NCBI GenBank assembly: GCA_000091205.1
Contig: AP006483.2
Reading direction: 5' to 3' (one strand)
From: Cyanidioschyzon merolae
Lineage: Eukaryota
Length of the DNA: 64,000 nt
The translations under genes and the position numbers were made by a program. Shown here in pieces: positions 11,127 to 21,410 of this stretch (positions within the stretch are counted from its first letter, which is position 1; each line of letters opens with the position of its first letter). The notes beneath the pieces were generated by a model, which was not told where the DNA came from, did no database searches, and saw only the letters and a list, made by a program, of their open reading frames with translations.

Positions 11127-12490
11127 TTCAGCTCATAATTGTTTCACAAGCGCTGCATGCGCTCGAATACCATTTGTCAGTGTGGAGCAGGTGATCCAAA
11201 CCACTCGGTAATCTACCGCATACATCATAGACGAATTGCCTTTGGGACATATATACTCTTTACTGCGCAGAGCAAGGAGGAATACATTCCTTCTTCAGGC
11301 CAATCACACAGCAGTACTCAGATAGTTGAGGAACACTGAAAGAAACAAGTATATGCGCTCTGTGCCAAAAGTCGATATTCGTGAAGCGTGCTTGGGGCCA
11401 ATGGTGGCAAACGACCCATTGATCGTCTTATTGGAAGGAAAAGGGACAACAGTAGCCGACATTGGCGTCTCTGCTTCTCAACAGCTTGTTCTTGTGGTCC
11501 TGGGAACACCCGGATACAATTACAAAGAAATGACAGATTTCATTCACGGCCATCTTGCACCGAAATTGCAACTAGAGCGTACCTGGAACGTCGCGATCGC
11601 TATTAAGCACAGGACAGTCGGTTTGCGTTTCCAGTCGATGAGACGTCATTCGCTCGAAAAAGTCGGAGCTCATATGGGTATTCGGATAGAAAGAGCCCGT
11701 CATATGTGCGACCGAACTCGTTGAGAAATGGGACATCATCTGTTTCGGCTGGAACGGATTCATGTGGCGGCCTCATTTTCGCCCTAAGAGACGGCTTCCA
11801 CAACAGCACCAAATACATCGAATAACTGATGACTCTTGCCTGACGTCTGGTGATGTCGTTCTGTTGCACAATGCGGCATTTCTCTCTTCCCCTAGCGTTC
11901 AAGCTTTTGTCGATTCTATCGAGGGGTAGAGCTGCTGTTCATTCCTGCGTACTCTACGTGGTTGAAACTCATCGGAAGGGTCTTCTCTATCGTGCAAACG
12001 TAGTGATCGCTCCACGAGGCAAATCGCTAAGGCCTTCAGCACACGGTGACACCGGGGCACATTTCGTCTTTCTTCCGCAAACCCTTCTCCGTCAATTACC
12101 GTCCGCATCTGGCGGCATAGTTAAGTGCGCTGTTTCTAAAACATTAAAGGACGGGCTGGGATATCCACTTCATAAGGTCAAGATGGAGCGAAGCGAGCGG
12201 GGCGCTTCGGCGACAGAAAAGCACCCAGAGCTGACAGAGCACCAAATTGCACAGAGGGCTCGAGAGGTCGAGGAATCCCTGATGTGATGCGTTCAATCAG
12301 AGGCAATAAACACGTGGAATTCGTGGATTGAAACTTGGACGCCGCCATAAATACCAGATGATATGTTGTGCTGAAGAAGAGACCCGTGGGGAGAACGTGA
12401 GCGAACTTCATGGGGCAGCCTCTCGGACTCGAATTGTACACGGAGAAACTGAAGCCGATTGCAGGCTGCAGGTCAAAAAGACTGGGAGGC
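11127..12490 (+). mobile_element. R2 dispersed repeat, copy 1 (1364 bp), carrying a degenerate transposase-like remnant. It appears non-autonomous.
   Basis: It is virtually identical to 19981–21344: the same ORF set is reproduced (66, 63, 132, 72, 63, 99, 145 and 69 aa ORFs with identical sequences). It is about 80% similar to about 45850–47275. No terminal inverted repeats are detectable. Confidence 0.8.
11326..11724 (+). pseudogene. Transposase-like relic inside R2, a weak Tc1/mariner-like HTH-region resemblance, 132 aa
   Basis: ...RNKYMRSVPKVDI...VSASQQLVLVVLGTPGYNYK... resembles the second HTH of Tc1-like transposases (VSxSTVxRxLxxxGxxxxxxxKKP). Copy 3 (45936–46685) has VSQHLVHVALKTLGFSCKGNNKF...MRFVSDETV. 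There is no intact DDE domain. Confidence 0.3.
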
Positions 12491-12791
12491 CTCTGCCGAT
12501 TGATATATATATATTGTATGGTTGTGAAAGATGTTCATTTTACTGACAAGCCAGGTGACCTTAGTTATGCCTTTCTTACTCCTGCACCAGGATCGTCACC
12601 AAGGCCGGCGGCGTTTCGTCTGCTCGGCAATAAACCTCACCTGAGTCTGCAGGGCGGTTGCGAGCTGTACGGAAACACGCCTGCGGCGCATGATCCAGAA
12701 CACACCTGCGCGTCAATGTACTGTTACTACAGCGCTCCGCTGATAATTCTCAGAGGGACGTTTACTCGTGCAGAGACTGCTAATGCGGTAA

Positions 12792-13661
12792 ATGAGATAC
12801 CTCTTTGCACCGTCTTGGAGTGTGGGACATGGTTGGACCGTGCAGACGCAGCAGCGCTTTCGAGGGTCTCCTTCAACAAAGAGCGGGACGCGGTGCGTGC
12901 CCGCGCCCCGGCGCTCTGCGAGGTTACGGAAGGCCGGGGAGCAGCGTGTGCGTAGGAAACGGTCCATGGGCCTTAAGTGTTTATTAGCTGGGCCAGACAC
13001 TGGTTTTTTTGGTATCGGGACATCTGAAGTGCTTGTCATTCTTCTCTGCGCTTGGCTCCTACTTGGCCCAAAAGGCACTTACGAAGCAGCCCGAAACCTT
13101 GGGAGTTTCATAGCGAATCTTCGTGAGGCAGCAAATCAAGCGCGGGAGCAGTTTATATCTGCTCTCGGAGAAGACTACGACAGCGCTCGTCGTGAGGTCG
13201 AAGGAATCAGGGACTCTTTCGTCGGGGCGCTATCAGGTGAGGTCGACGATTTTGACGGCGAGGCTGGTAAGAACTTAGCTGCTGCGACCGATGACAAGTC
13301 CACCGGAAAAGAGCGTGTTGGTCAAAGTCCGAGTTCGCCGCTAGATATTGCTACCTTTACGAGTCTGACTGGAGGGAAAGGGCGGTCCGAAGATGAAGCG
13401 AGAAGCTACTTTTTAGATGCTCTTCGAAGAGTGAATGATCCGAACCAGGTGCCACCGACATTCGCGAGCGAGCCTGCCAGTGCTGCGAAGGAAATCGAGT
13501 TGGATGGGCATTCTATCAGGGCCGAGCCTGAGGTTCGTGGACTAGAACGACTCACAACGGAGTCAGGGGCTCTCGATCTGCGAAAGCTTGAGCTACGTGT
13601 AGCTGCTCTAGAAGACGAGATTCTAGAGCTTAAGATGATCATCAGGGAGCGGCGGCAATAG
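12792..13661 (+). CDS. Twin-arginine translocase TatA/B-family protein (Hcf106/TatB-like), organelle-targeted. The ORF is 289 aa; the mature start is probably the Met at 12966 or a processed presequence.
   Basis: FFGIGTSEVLVILLCAWLLLGPKGTYEAARNLGSFIANLREAANQAREQF matches the TatA/B TM helix plus amphipathic helix (FGIGxxELxxIxxVALLVFGPKKLPExxRxLGK). The long acidic coiled-coil tail is typical of TatB/Hcf106. The first 58 codons are basic and hydroxylated, like a targeting peptide. Confidence 0.7.
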   Translation: MRYLFAPSWSVGHGWTVQTQQRFRGSPSTKSGTRCVPAPRRSARLRKAGEQRVRRKRSMGLKCLLAGPDTGFFGIGTSEVLVILLCAWLLLGPKGTYEAARNLGSFIANLREAANQAREQFISALGEDYDSARREVEGIRDSFVGALSGEVDDFDGEAGKNLAAATDDKSTGKERVGQSPSSPLDIATFTSLTGGKGRSEDEARSYFLDALRRVNDPNQVPPTFASEPASAAKEIELDGHSIRAEPEVRGLERLTTESGALDLRKLELRVAALEDEILELKMIIRERRQ

Positions 13662-15476
13662 CCTTGGAATGAACCGTAAAGTTCGTGCTCCGAGCGTCTG
13701 CTTTTCGGGCATCGAGATGAGTTCCGGAGGTGAAGAGCACTATAGGAATATTGCTTATAATATCAGATTGTGTACGCCGCACAGTAGGAAGACGCTTCTT
13801 TTATTCCGGTTGGCAATCATCTGAAAATAAGCCACAATCGGATCATGTCCTACTGAGCCAGAGATCTCGAATCAGAAAACGTAAATTTCCGTGGCGTAAG
13901 CAATTCAAATCCGCAAGAAACCAGACGAAACAACAGAGCGCAAATCTGTTACTCATTGTTAGACACTTACCAAGGGATCTGAGGTGACTGTATCAGAAAC
14001 GGCGCAAGCGGAATAGTATGTAATGGTGGGGACACATCTAAGTATGCGAATTTTAACGAAAACTACAGAATGAGTTCAAATATGATCCAGATCGTTCGAG
14101 CTGAACTACCGCTTCTAGATAAAGCAAAAATTGAAATCTAATTGGTAAATTCAGAATGCGCACCGGCCAATTTTCGATGAATCGATTGGATTTTGCATCC
14201 GCACATCAAAATGTTGGAACTTGTTTTCACTGACACAGGTTCATTCCTCAAAATGTTGCTTAGTATGCAAACACAGCGCTCCATTAATCTTTGTCACCTT
14301 CTGGTTAAGGCTTGCACAATTCTGCTTAAGTATCGTGCTCAAATCCGAGATCCAGTACTCGCGAAGAAGATGTGGGTATTTCACAGCGCAGTTGAATCCT
14401 GGCTGTCTATCCATAGTACAGCAGAGCTTCCGATGCTATGTTTTCTTGTGGCTAACAACTGGTTTGTAATGAATTGCCATATGTGATGTTTTTACGGTGA
14501 TGAAGAAAATTTAAGTTCCCAGTCTTTGCAAACATCATTGTCAACTCTTACTCTTCAAAAATTTCGCGACTGTACTATATGTAGTGCTTTGGGGAAGAAC
14601 TGTGCGAGCCTGCCCTTTCGTTTTTTGTTTTCATCACGAATATGCAACCAAAATGGACGTATCCCGTAGATGGGAGAAAGGTGGCGGGGAGGCTTTCTAC
14701 TATCACTGCTTATTTCGAAAAAACGTCTAAACTTGCTTCAGTCAAGAATCCGAGGCACAGCGGACAAATGCCCTGATCTCCTCCGCGCGCCTACTCTGGA
14801 CGCCATGAAGAAAACATAGAACTCACAGAGCTCCTTCATATAAGACTGTTTCTTCGTAGATTCATTCCACTCAATACCTTCTCTAGAAGGCACTATCATA
14901 GAAGCAACAGGGTTCGAAGAATCAATACCGTCGCTACGAACCGTGATGAAAGGCTATCAGAGGACAAACAGAAAAGCAAGCTTGTATGGACACATACGCG
15001 CTACGAATAATGTTTTATCGACTTCATGCCGAAACGCGAACGCTTATTACAGGATAAAAGGGTGTTCGTCTCACTAGATGAAAATTCTTGATGAAAAAAT
15101 GGTGGGCGAGTCTGTGTGTACTCAAAGAGCGTCAAATGTCTGGTCTTAGAGAATGTATAATCGAACAATGCGAAAACATAAACTCCAGCGGCCGCTCAAT
15201 AGGGTTGTCGCTTACAAAGAATCACATAGACAGGATTGTTCAACACCTCGTCTTTCGTCCGTGCACTATTTGACTTCCCCGCCCAATATTCTCCTATATT
15301 TCTCTAAAATGATGTCGATCTCTGTTACAAAAATGCCGTCTACGAGTGCGCAGCGAAGATGGGCGCTCTTTGCTCTACTAATACTTCCGCTGCCCAGCTA
15401 ACAGCCAGCGCGAGCGGCTTGTGAATAATTTCCCGGTACATGTAGATCGTGGTGCTGCTGGATCGAGCGCGCGTTT

Positions 15477-18400
15477 TTGGCGCGCTGTATGCATTTGCAT
15501 TCATCTAACTGCGGTTTACGCATGGCGAGACTAGGCACTGAGACCACAGGGGGAAGGCCAAGTACTCCAAGTGAGCAGACTGCAACTCAGACAGCGAGTG
15601 CCCGGCGTACTGCAAAGCGTCGGAGGACTAACACCAGTAGTTTGGCTGACTTTCGCTCCAAGCGTGAGCGGGGAGGTACCTCCGGGCGGACACCGTCACA
15701 AGACGAATCAGTGGGTGCAGCCCAGCTCCCCGAGCCTGTTGCGCAGGCGTCATCACAGTTGCAGCTGGGCGAGTTGGCTGTGGAAACTCGGTTCCCTGTG
15801 AGCGTAGCGGTTCAGAGTCGAGCTCGGAGCTTTGCGCAGTACGGAATTCTGGAATGGATCCGATTGGAGAACTTTATGTGCCACCGTTGCTTTGAAGTCA
15901 AGTTTGGCCCGAACGTCAACATCATATCGGGACCAAACGGCTCGGGAAAGTCTGCGATAGTTGCGGCTCTTCAGCTCGTGTTTGGGTCCTCCTCAACGTC
16001 CACGGACCGTGGGCGACGTGCAAGAGACCTCATACGCATCGGTGCAAGCTCGGGGTTGGTTGCAGTTAGGTTGAAGAACCGGCCTGACGAAACGGATGCT
16101 GTCGACGGGCGCTTTCGACCGGACGTGTACGGAGACTCGATAGTCATTCAACGTCGCTTGACGCGTACTGGAGTCTCCAAGTGGAGCTTTCACAACGCTG
16201 AGGGCAGACGTGTCCAGACTGAGCGCTCCGCACGGCTTGAGCTCGAGGCCATCATGGATCACTTTTCGATTCAAGTGAGCAACCCTGTCGCGATTTTAAC
16301 CCAGAAGAAGTCGAAGGAGTTTCTCTCTAGTGGCAAACCATCCGATCTCTACAAATTCTTTATGGAGGCGACGAAGCTCGGTGAAGTTCGTGACGCGCTT
16401 ATGGAAGTTCGCAACCAGGCGGCTGAGATTCGAAGCATGTACGGTCGGAAAGAAGCTGAGATACCCCGTTTGCAGACGGAGCTTAATGCGGCAAAAGCAG
16501 CCTTCGAAGAAGCCCAACGCATCGAACATCTGGAAGAAGAGCTGAAGAGTCTGAGAGAACATTACGCTTGGGCTCTTGTCGCTGAGGCGGAGCACCGTTT
16601 GGCGCATGCTCTAGAGGACAGAAATAAGGCTCAAAATCTAATCGATGAAGGTGAAAGGCGCCTAGGACTTCTTGAAAATGAGATTAGTGCCAAATCTGAT
16701 GAACTTAATAATCGGAATCGAGAGCTGCGAGAGATCAATGAGATGATTAATCGAGATATCTCAGAGGAGACAAACGTCGAGGCGGCGCTACGAGAAGTTC
16801 GCGCAGAGATTCGCCGCCTTGAGCAGCAGCGAGCGCGTTTGAGCTCGATCCAGACGAATCGCAAAGATGAGCGTGATGCTGTGCTCGCCGAACAAGAAAA
16901 ACTTCGGCATCGTAGCATCTCATCAGACTCGCAACTCGTGCAGCACCACCAACAGCTTCAACAATTGATGGACGAGATTGCCCGCCTATCGACGTTGCTG
17001 GAAACGAAACGCTGCTTGTTGAACCAGCTCGAAACGCAACTGGAAACCGCGCGGGCCGATCAAGCTCAGTTACGCACGCGCCTTCAGTTACGGGAAAGTG
17101 CGCTGCGCCAAGCAGAACGCAGCCTGGTTGAACTGCAACAGAGCACTCAGGACCCAAGAGTGATTTTTGGTGGGCCACATGTCACAGCACTTTTGGCGGA
17201 TGTCGAAAGGGCCATGGAACAGAAAATCTTTAGTCGGAAACCGATCGGTCCTCTCGGATCGTTTCTTCGGGTACGCGATCCCAAATGGACGCTTCCTATT
17301 GAGTTCTCTATCTCCGCGGCTGTTCTTTCGGCTTTTGTTGTCCATAATCTCACCGACGCAGAAGCGTTGCGTAGGCTAGCAGAGCAGCGCAAGTATCCTA
17401 TTCCCCGTATTCTGGTACAGGATATGGACGCTCCTTTGTATCGTCCCCGTGCAGAACTGTTGCCACCAGCTGAGCTTATCACTGTCCACTCACAAATACG
17501 AATAGAGGCCCACGAACAGGTTCTGCAGAACGTCTTGATGGACCACGCAGAGACAGAACTGAATCTGCTTTTTGATACGGCAGAGGATGCACGGCGAGCC
17601 GCGTTTGAGCTGCGTCCCCGAAACGCCCGAGTCTGTTGGTCAGCTGGTGGGGATCGTGCGCAAGTTGGTGCTGGAGGCTCGAATCAATTCCGCGCAGGGC
17701 CTGATCCGTCGAGGTACACGCCGAAACTGGCGGGCGATATCGAGCATCAGATAATACTGAAGCAAAGGCTACTCGAAAATGAGCGACGGGAGTACGAACT
17801 GCTGAAAGTCCGCGAAACAGATTGCAAGAATACTGTAGACGACCTTGAGAGGCGGCGTTCGCAAATAGCTCAAGATTTGGTTGGTCTTGAAAACGAGGAG
17901 CGCATGAAGAGACACCGCATCGAGCTCCTGCGAGAGAGCCGAGAGGATGAGACCACTGATGCATTTTTGCCGGACGCCTATCAGGAACGCGTAGCGGCGA
18001 TCGATGCAGAACTCGAGTCGATTTCGAAACAGCTCCAAGTCTACGAAGATGAAATAAAATTGGCTAAGGACAAAGAGAACGAAATCGAGACAAGAGATCG
18101 CGATCGTCGCCGCATGGAAAGAGAGCTCGATGAGCGCCGACGAGAACTCGCGAAAAATTGCCGCACTCTCGCGGCAGAGCACGCACAGCTGCAGGCGGAG
18201 CTCCAGGCTTTGCGCAGCGGCATTGAAAAGGAGCAGGTGAATCTGGGTGCCCTCGAGACGAGGCTGGAGACTTTGCGCAACGAGCTGCGGCGGGAGGAGC
18301 ATAACGCGCTGCAAGTCTGTGCCCGGCTGGAATGCGAAATACGTCCAGTACAAGAACTGCGTATCGAGATCGCTAGCTTGGAATCACGCGTGCAGACAGA

Positions 18401-19073
18401 GCAAAAACGCCTGGACGGCTTTTCGATTTTGCAGTTACAGGAGCGATATGAGCGTGCGCAGCAGTCTTATGATACAATTAAGACGGAGCTTGGCGCCCTA
18501 GAAAGACTTCTGCAGCGCATTGAGGACGGGCTCGTCGAGCGTGTGAAGTCGTTTATTCAGCTCCGGGCTCAGATCCAGAAGCATGTTAGCGCCTATTTCG
18601 GCTACTATATCCACATGCGAGGCCATTATGGAAGCATCAAGTTCGATGACCGATCCCAGGAAATGCGCTTACGAGTCGCAATCAGCCATCACCGAACGCA
18701 CGAGGGCGAATTGTGCTTCGCCCAAGACCTACGCTCGCTCAGCGGCGGAGAACGGTCTTTCACAACACTGGCGCTCATGCTCGCGCTCGGTGAAGCCATG
18801 GAGGCGCCATTTCGCATCATGGATGAATTTGACGTCTTCATGGACGAAGCAAACCGACGAGTCGCGTACAAAACGCTCATCGACATTGCGAAGCGAGAGA
18901 GCAGGCGTCAGTTTGTTTTCATAACACCGCTGACGCTGCCAAACCTGCGCGCTGACCCTGAGTGCGTTCGTGTTGTGCGACTCGTACCGCCAGTGCGTGG
19001 TACAGACAATGTGCAACAGACAATTCTTGACGATTTCGCCCCAAACGCAGGAGATGTCACTGATCCGCAGTAG
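15477..19073 (+). CDS. SMC6: Structural maintenance of chromosomes protein 6 (SMC5/6 complex), 1198 aa
   Basis: The N-terminal Walker A region, GILEWIRLENFMCHRCFEVKFGPNVNIISGPNGSGKSAIVAALQLVFG, matches the SMC6 signature NFMCH...GxNGSGKSA. Long coiled coils with a hinge follow. The C-terminus has LSGGERSFTTLALMLALGEAMEAPFRIMDEFDVFMDEANR (signature motif plus Walker B). Confidence 0.85.
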   Translation: MARCMHLHSSNCGLRMARLGTETTGGRPSTPSEQTATQTASARRTAKRRRTNTSSLADFRSKRERGGTSGRTPSQDESVGAAQLPEPVAQASSQLQLGELAVETRFPVSVAVQSRARSFAQYGILEWIRLENFMCHRCFEVKFGPNVNIISGPNGSGKSAIVAALQLVFGSSSTSTDRGRRARDLIRIGASSGLVAVRLKNRPDETDAVDGRFRPDVYGDSIVIQRRLTRTGVSKWSFHNAEGRRVQTERSARLELEAIMDHFSIQVSNPVAILTQKKSKEFLSSGKPSDLYKFFMEATKLGEVRDALMEVRNQAAEIRSMYGRKEAEIPRLQTELNAAKAAFEEAQRIEHLEEELKSLREHYAWALVAEAEHRLAHALEDRNKAQNLIDEGERRLGLLENEISAKSDELNNRNRELREINEMINRDISEETNVEAALREVRAEIRRLEQQRARLSSIQTNRKDERDAVLAEQEKLRHRSISSDSQLVQHHQQLQQLMDEIARLSTLLETKRCLLNQLETQLETARADQAQLRTRLQLRESALRQAERSLVELQQSTQDPRVIFGGPHVTALLADVERAMEQKIFSRKPIGPLGSFLRVRDPKWTLPIEFSISAAVLSAFVVHNLTDAEALRRLAEQRKYPIPRILVQDMDAPLYRPRAELLPPAELITVHSQIRIEAHEQVLQNVLMDHAETELNLLFDTAEDARRAAFELRPRNARVCWSAGGDRAQVGAGGSNQFRAGPDPSRYTPKLAGDIEHQIILKQRLLENERREYELLKVRETDCKNTVDDLERRRSQIAQDLVGLENEERMKRHRIELLRESREDETTDAFLPDAYQERVAAIDAELESISKQLQVYEDEIKLAKDKENEIETRDRDRRRMERELDERRRELAKNCRTLAAEHAQLQAELQALRSGIEKEQVNLGALETRLETLRNELRREEHNALQVCARLECEIRPVQELRIEIASLESRVQTEQKRLDGFSILQLQERYERAQQSYDTIKTELGALERLLQRIEDGLVERVKSFIQLRAQIQKHVSAYFGYYIHMRGHYGSIKFDDRSQEMRLRVAISHHRTHEGELCFAQDLRSLSGGERSFTTLALMLALGEAMEAPFRIMDEFDVFMDEANRRVAYKTLIDIAKRESRRQFVFITPLTLPNLRADPECVRVVRLVPPVRGTDNVQQTILDDFAPNAGDVTDPQ

Positions 19074-19500
19074 CTGTAGGCGGAAGACGAACGGAATTCC
19101 ATACGGTCAGTGCTCTGGAGCAACAAAGTTCGTCATCTACCGCAGACTACTAGGGCCTCAGCGATAAACGGCGTCTTTCATCCCGCTTGCTTGCATGCGA
19201 ATGCATGTGCGAGCGCTGCCAAGATATGGATACTTTCGACGATGCGCACCACACCCTGAGCATCTCGCTGCATTGTTGTGAGCTCTTTTTCGTTTTGCCC
19301 CACCAGCCGGATGGGATGCGCTTGACTGGTTCCCATTGTAGGTTTTCATCGCTCTTCGGGGGCACCTTGGCGCGGAGCGCACTCGACAGCGGACGAGCGG
19401 AATGCCTTGAGTATTTGCTGTGCCAGTACTTGCGCTCATGACCCTTGACTGTTACGTAAGCGTAACTCCACACCCTCATCGGCTAAACAAACTGTGTGCG

Positions 19501-19902
19501 CTAGCAAGGGTTCATCTGAAAAGCCACCTGCTCCAGGCCTGCGAGGCGGTTCGATCGCTTGACGGGCGCGAAACCGCAGCCGGGGCACAGCCGATGTGGA
19601 AGGTGGAATGTCCCGCAGTTCGGACACTGTTGCACGTTCGGATAGGGTCGCAAGCCCTTCCCGCTGGCGCGCATTCGCTTCCGAGAGTGCGACGTTTTTT
19701 TCTTGGGAACCGCCAGCAGTACGTGCTGGAGAAACGGCCGCTCCGAGCAGACGGAGCCCACCACGACATTCGTTAAACGCTCCCAAGCGAGCAGCGCCCC
19801 AAGTCGAAACGTCTCAAGGCACGGTGCGCTGAAACAAGTCAGGGCCGAGGATATTAACGATCGCATCGGGTGCGGGGGCAAAAACTGTATCCCTAACCAC
19901 AA
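19501..19902 (-). CDS. Bacterial-type, organellar ribosomal protein L32 (bL32), nuclear-encoded with an N-terminal presequence of about 60 aa
   Basis: AVPKKKTSHSRKRMRASGKGLRPYPNVQQCPNCGTFHLPHRLCPGCG matches the L32p core (AVPKxKxSxSRxxxRRxH...CxxCG). An N-terminal extension precedes it. Confidence 0.75.
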   Translation of the reverse strand: MWLGIQFLPPHPMRSLISSALTCFSAPCLETFRLGALLAWERLTNVVVGSVCSERPFLQHVLLAVPKKKTSHSRKRMRASGKGLRPYPNVQQCPNCGTFHLPHRLCPGCGFAPVKRSNRLAGLEQVAFQMNPC

Positions 19903-19980
19903 CCAGCCTTGCGGTTGTAGGCGTAAAGCTATATTCTTTCGTCGAGCAAACCTATTTGGAATGCAGGTACGCGATGATCG

Positions 19981-21344
19981 TTCAGCTCAAAATTGTTTCA
20001 CAAGCGCTGCATGCGCTCGAATACCATTTGTCAGTGTGGAGCAGGTGATCCAAACCACTCGGTAATCTACCGCATACATCATAGACGAATTGCCTTTGGG
20101 ACATATATACTCTTTACTGCGCAGAGCAAGGAGGAATACATTCCTTCTTCAGGCCAATCACACAGCAGTACTCAGATAGTTGAGGAACACTGAAAGAAAC
20201 AAGTATATGCGCTCTGTGCCAAAAGTCGATATTCGTGAAGCGTGCTTGGGGCCAATGGTGGCAAACGACCCATTGATCGTCTTATTGGAAGGAAAAGGGA
20301 CAACAGTAGCCGACATTGGCGTCTCTGCTTCTCAACAGCTTGTTCTTGTGGTCCTGGGAACACCCGGATACAATTACAAAGAAATGACAGATTTCATTCA
20401 CGGCCATCTTGCACCGAAATTGCAACTAGAGCGTACCTGGAACGTCGCGATCGCTATTAAGCACAGGACAGTCGGTTTGCGTTTCCAGTCGATGAGACGT
20501 CATTCGCTCGAAAAAGTCGGAGCTCATATGGGTATTCGGATAGAAAGAGCCCGTCATATGTGCGACCGAACTCGTTGAGAAATGGGACATCATCTGTTTC
20601 GGCTGGAACGGATTCATGTGGCGGCCTCATTTTCGCCCTAAGAGACGGCTTCCACAACAGCACCAAATACATCGAATAACTGATGACTCTTGCCTGACGT
20701 CTGGTGATGTCGTTCTGTTGCACAATGCGGCATTTCTCTCTTCCCCTAGCGTTCAAGCTTTTGTCGATTCTATCGAGGGGTAGAGCTGCTGTTCATTCCT
20801 GCGTACTCTACGTGGTTGAAACTCATCGGAAGGGTCTTCTCTATCGTGCAAACGTAGTGATCGCTCCACGAGGCAAATCGCTAAGGCCTTCAGCACACGG
20901 TGACACCGGGGCACATTTCGTCTTTCTTCCGCAAACCCTTCTCCGTCAATTACCGTCCGCATCTGGCGGCATAGTTAAGTGCGCTGTTTCTAAAACATTA
21001 AAGGACGGGCTGGGATATCCACTTCATAAGGTCAAGATGGAGCGAAGCGAGCGGGGCGCTTCGGCGACAGAAAAGCACCCAGAGCTGACAGAGCACCAAA
21101 TTGCACAGAGGGCTCGAGAGGTCGAGGAATCCCTGATGTGATGCGTTCAATCAGAGGCAATAAACACGTGGAATTCGTGGATTGAAACTTGGACGCCGCC
21201 ATAAATACCAGATGATATGTTGTGCTGAAGAAGAGACCCGTGGGGAGAACGTGAGCGAACTTCATGGGGCAGCCTCTCGGACTCGAATTGTACACGGAGA
21301 AACTGAAGCCGATTGCAGGCTGCAGGTCAAAAAGACTGGGAGGC
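19981..21344 (+). mobile_element. R2 dispersed repeat, copy 2 (1364 bp). It fills the spacer between the divergent L32 and HMG-CoA lyase genes.
   Basis: Near-identical to 11127–12490. It starts 79 bp from the L32 start codon and ends 66 bp before the proposed HMGCL start. Confidence 0.85.
20180..20578 (+). pseudogene. Transposase-like relic in R2 copy 2 (identical to 11326–11724)
   Basis: The same 132-aa ORF as in copy 1. Confidence 0.3.
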
Positions 21345-21410
21345 GTCTGCGCGAGGAGATTAATATACTCTCTGGCTGCGAAACGTTCACGGACCTCTGA
21401 CCGTTCGTCT

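Noticed and set aside
11127-12490. R2 as an intact Tc1/mariner DNA transposon
   Set aside because: There are no terminal inverted repeats or TA duplications at the aligned boundaries. The transposase-like ORF is short, broken, and lacks a DDE/D triad. Only a weak HTH-region resemblance remains.
16296-18353. Antisense ORFs of 95–194 aa inside SMC6, and similar antisense ORFs inside MTR4, the CBM48 gene and the STAR gene
   Set aside because: They fall entirely within strongly supported long CDSs on the opposite strand and have low-complexity, R/S-rich translations. These are typical shadow ORFs of GC-rich coding DNA.
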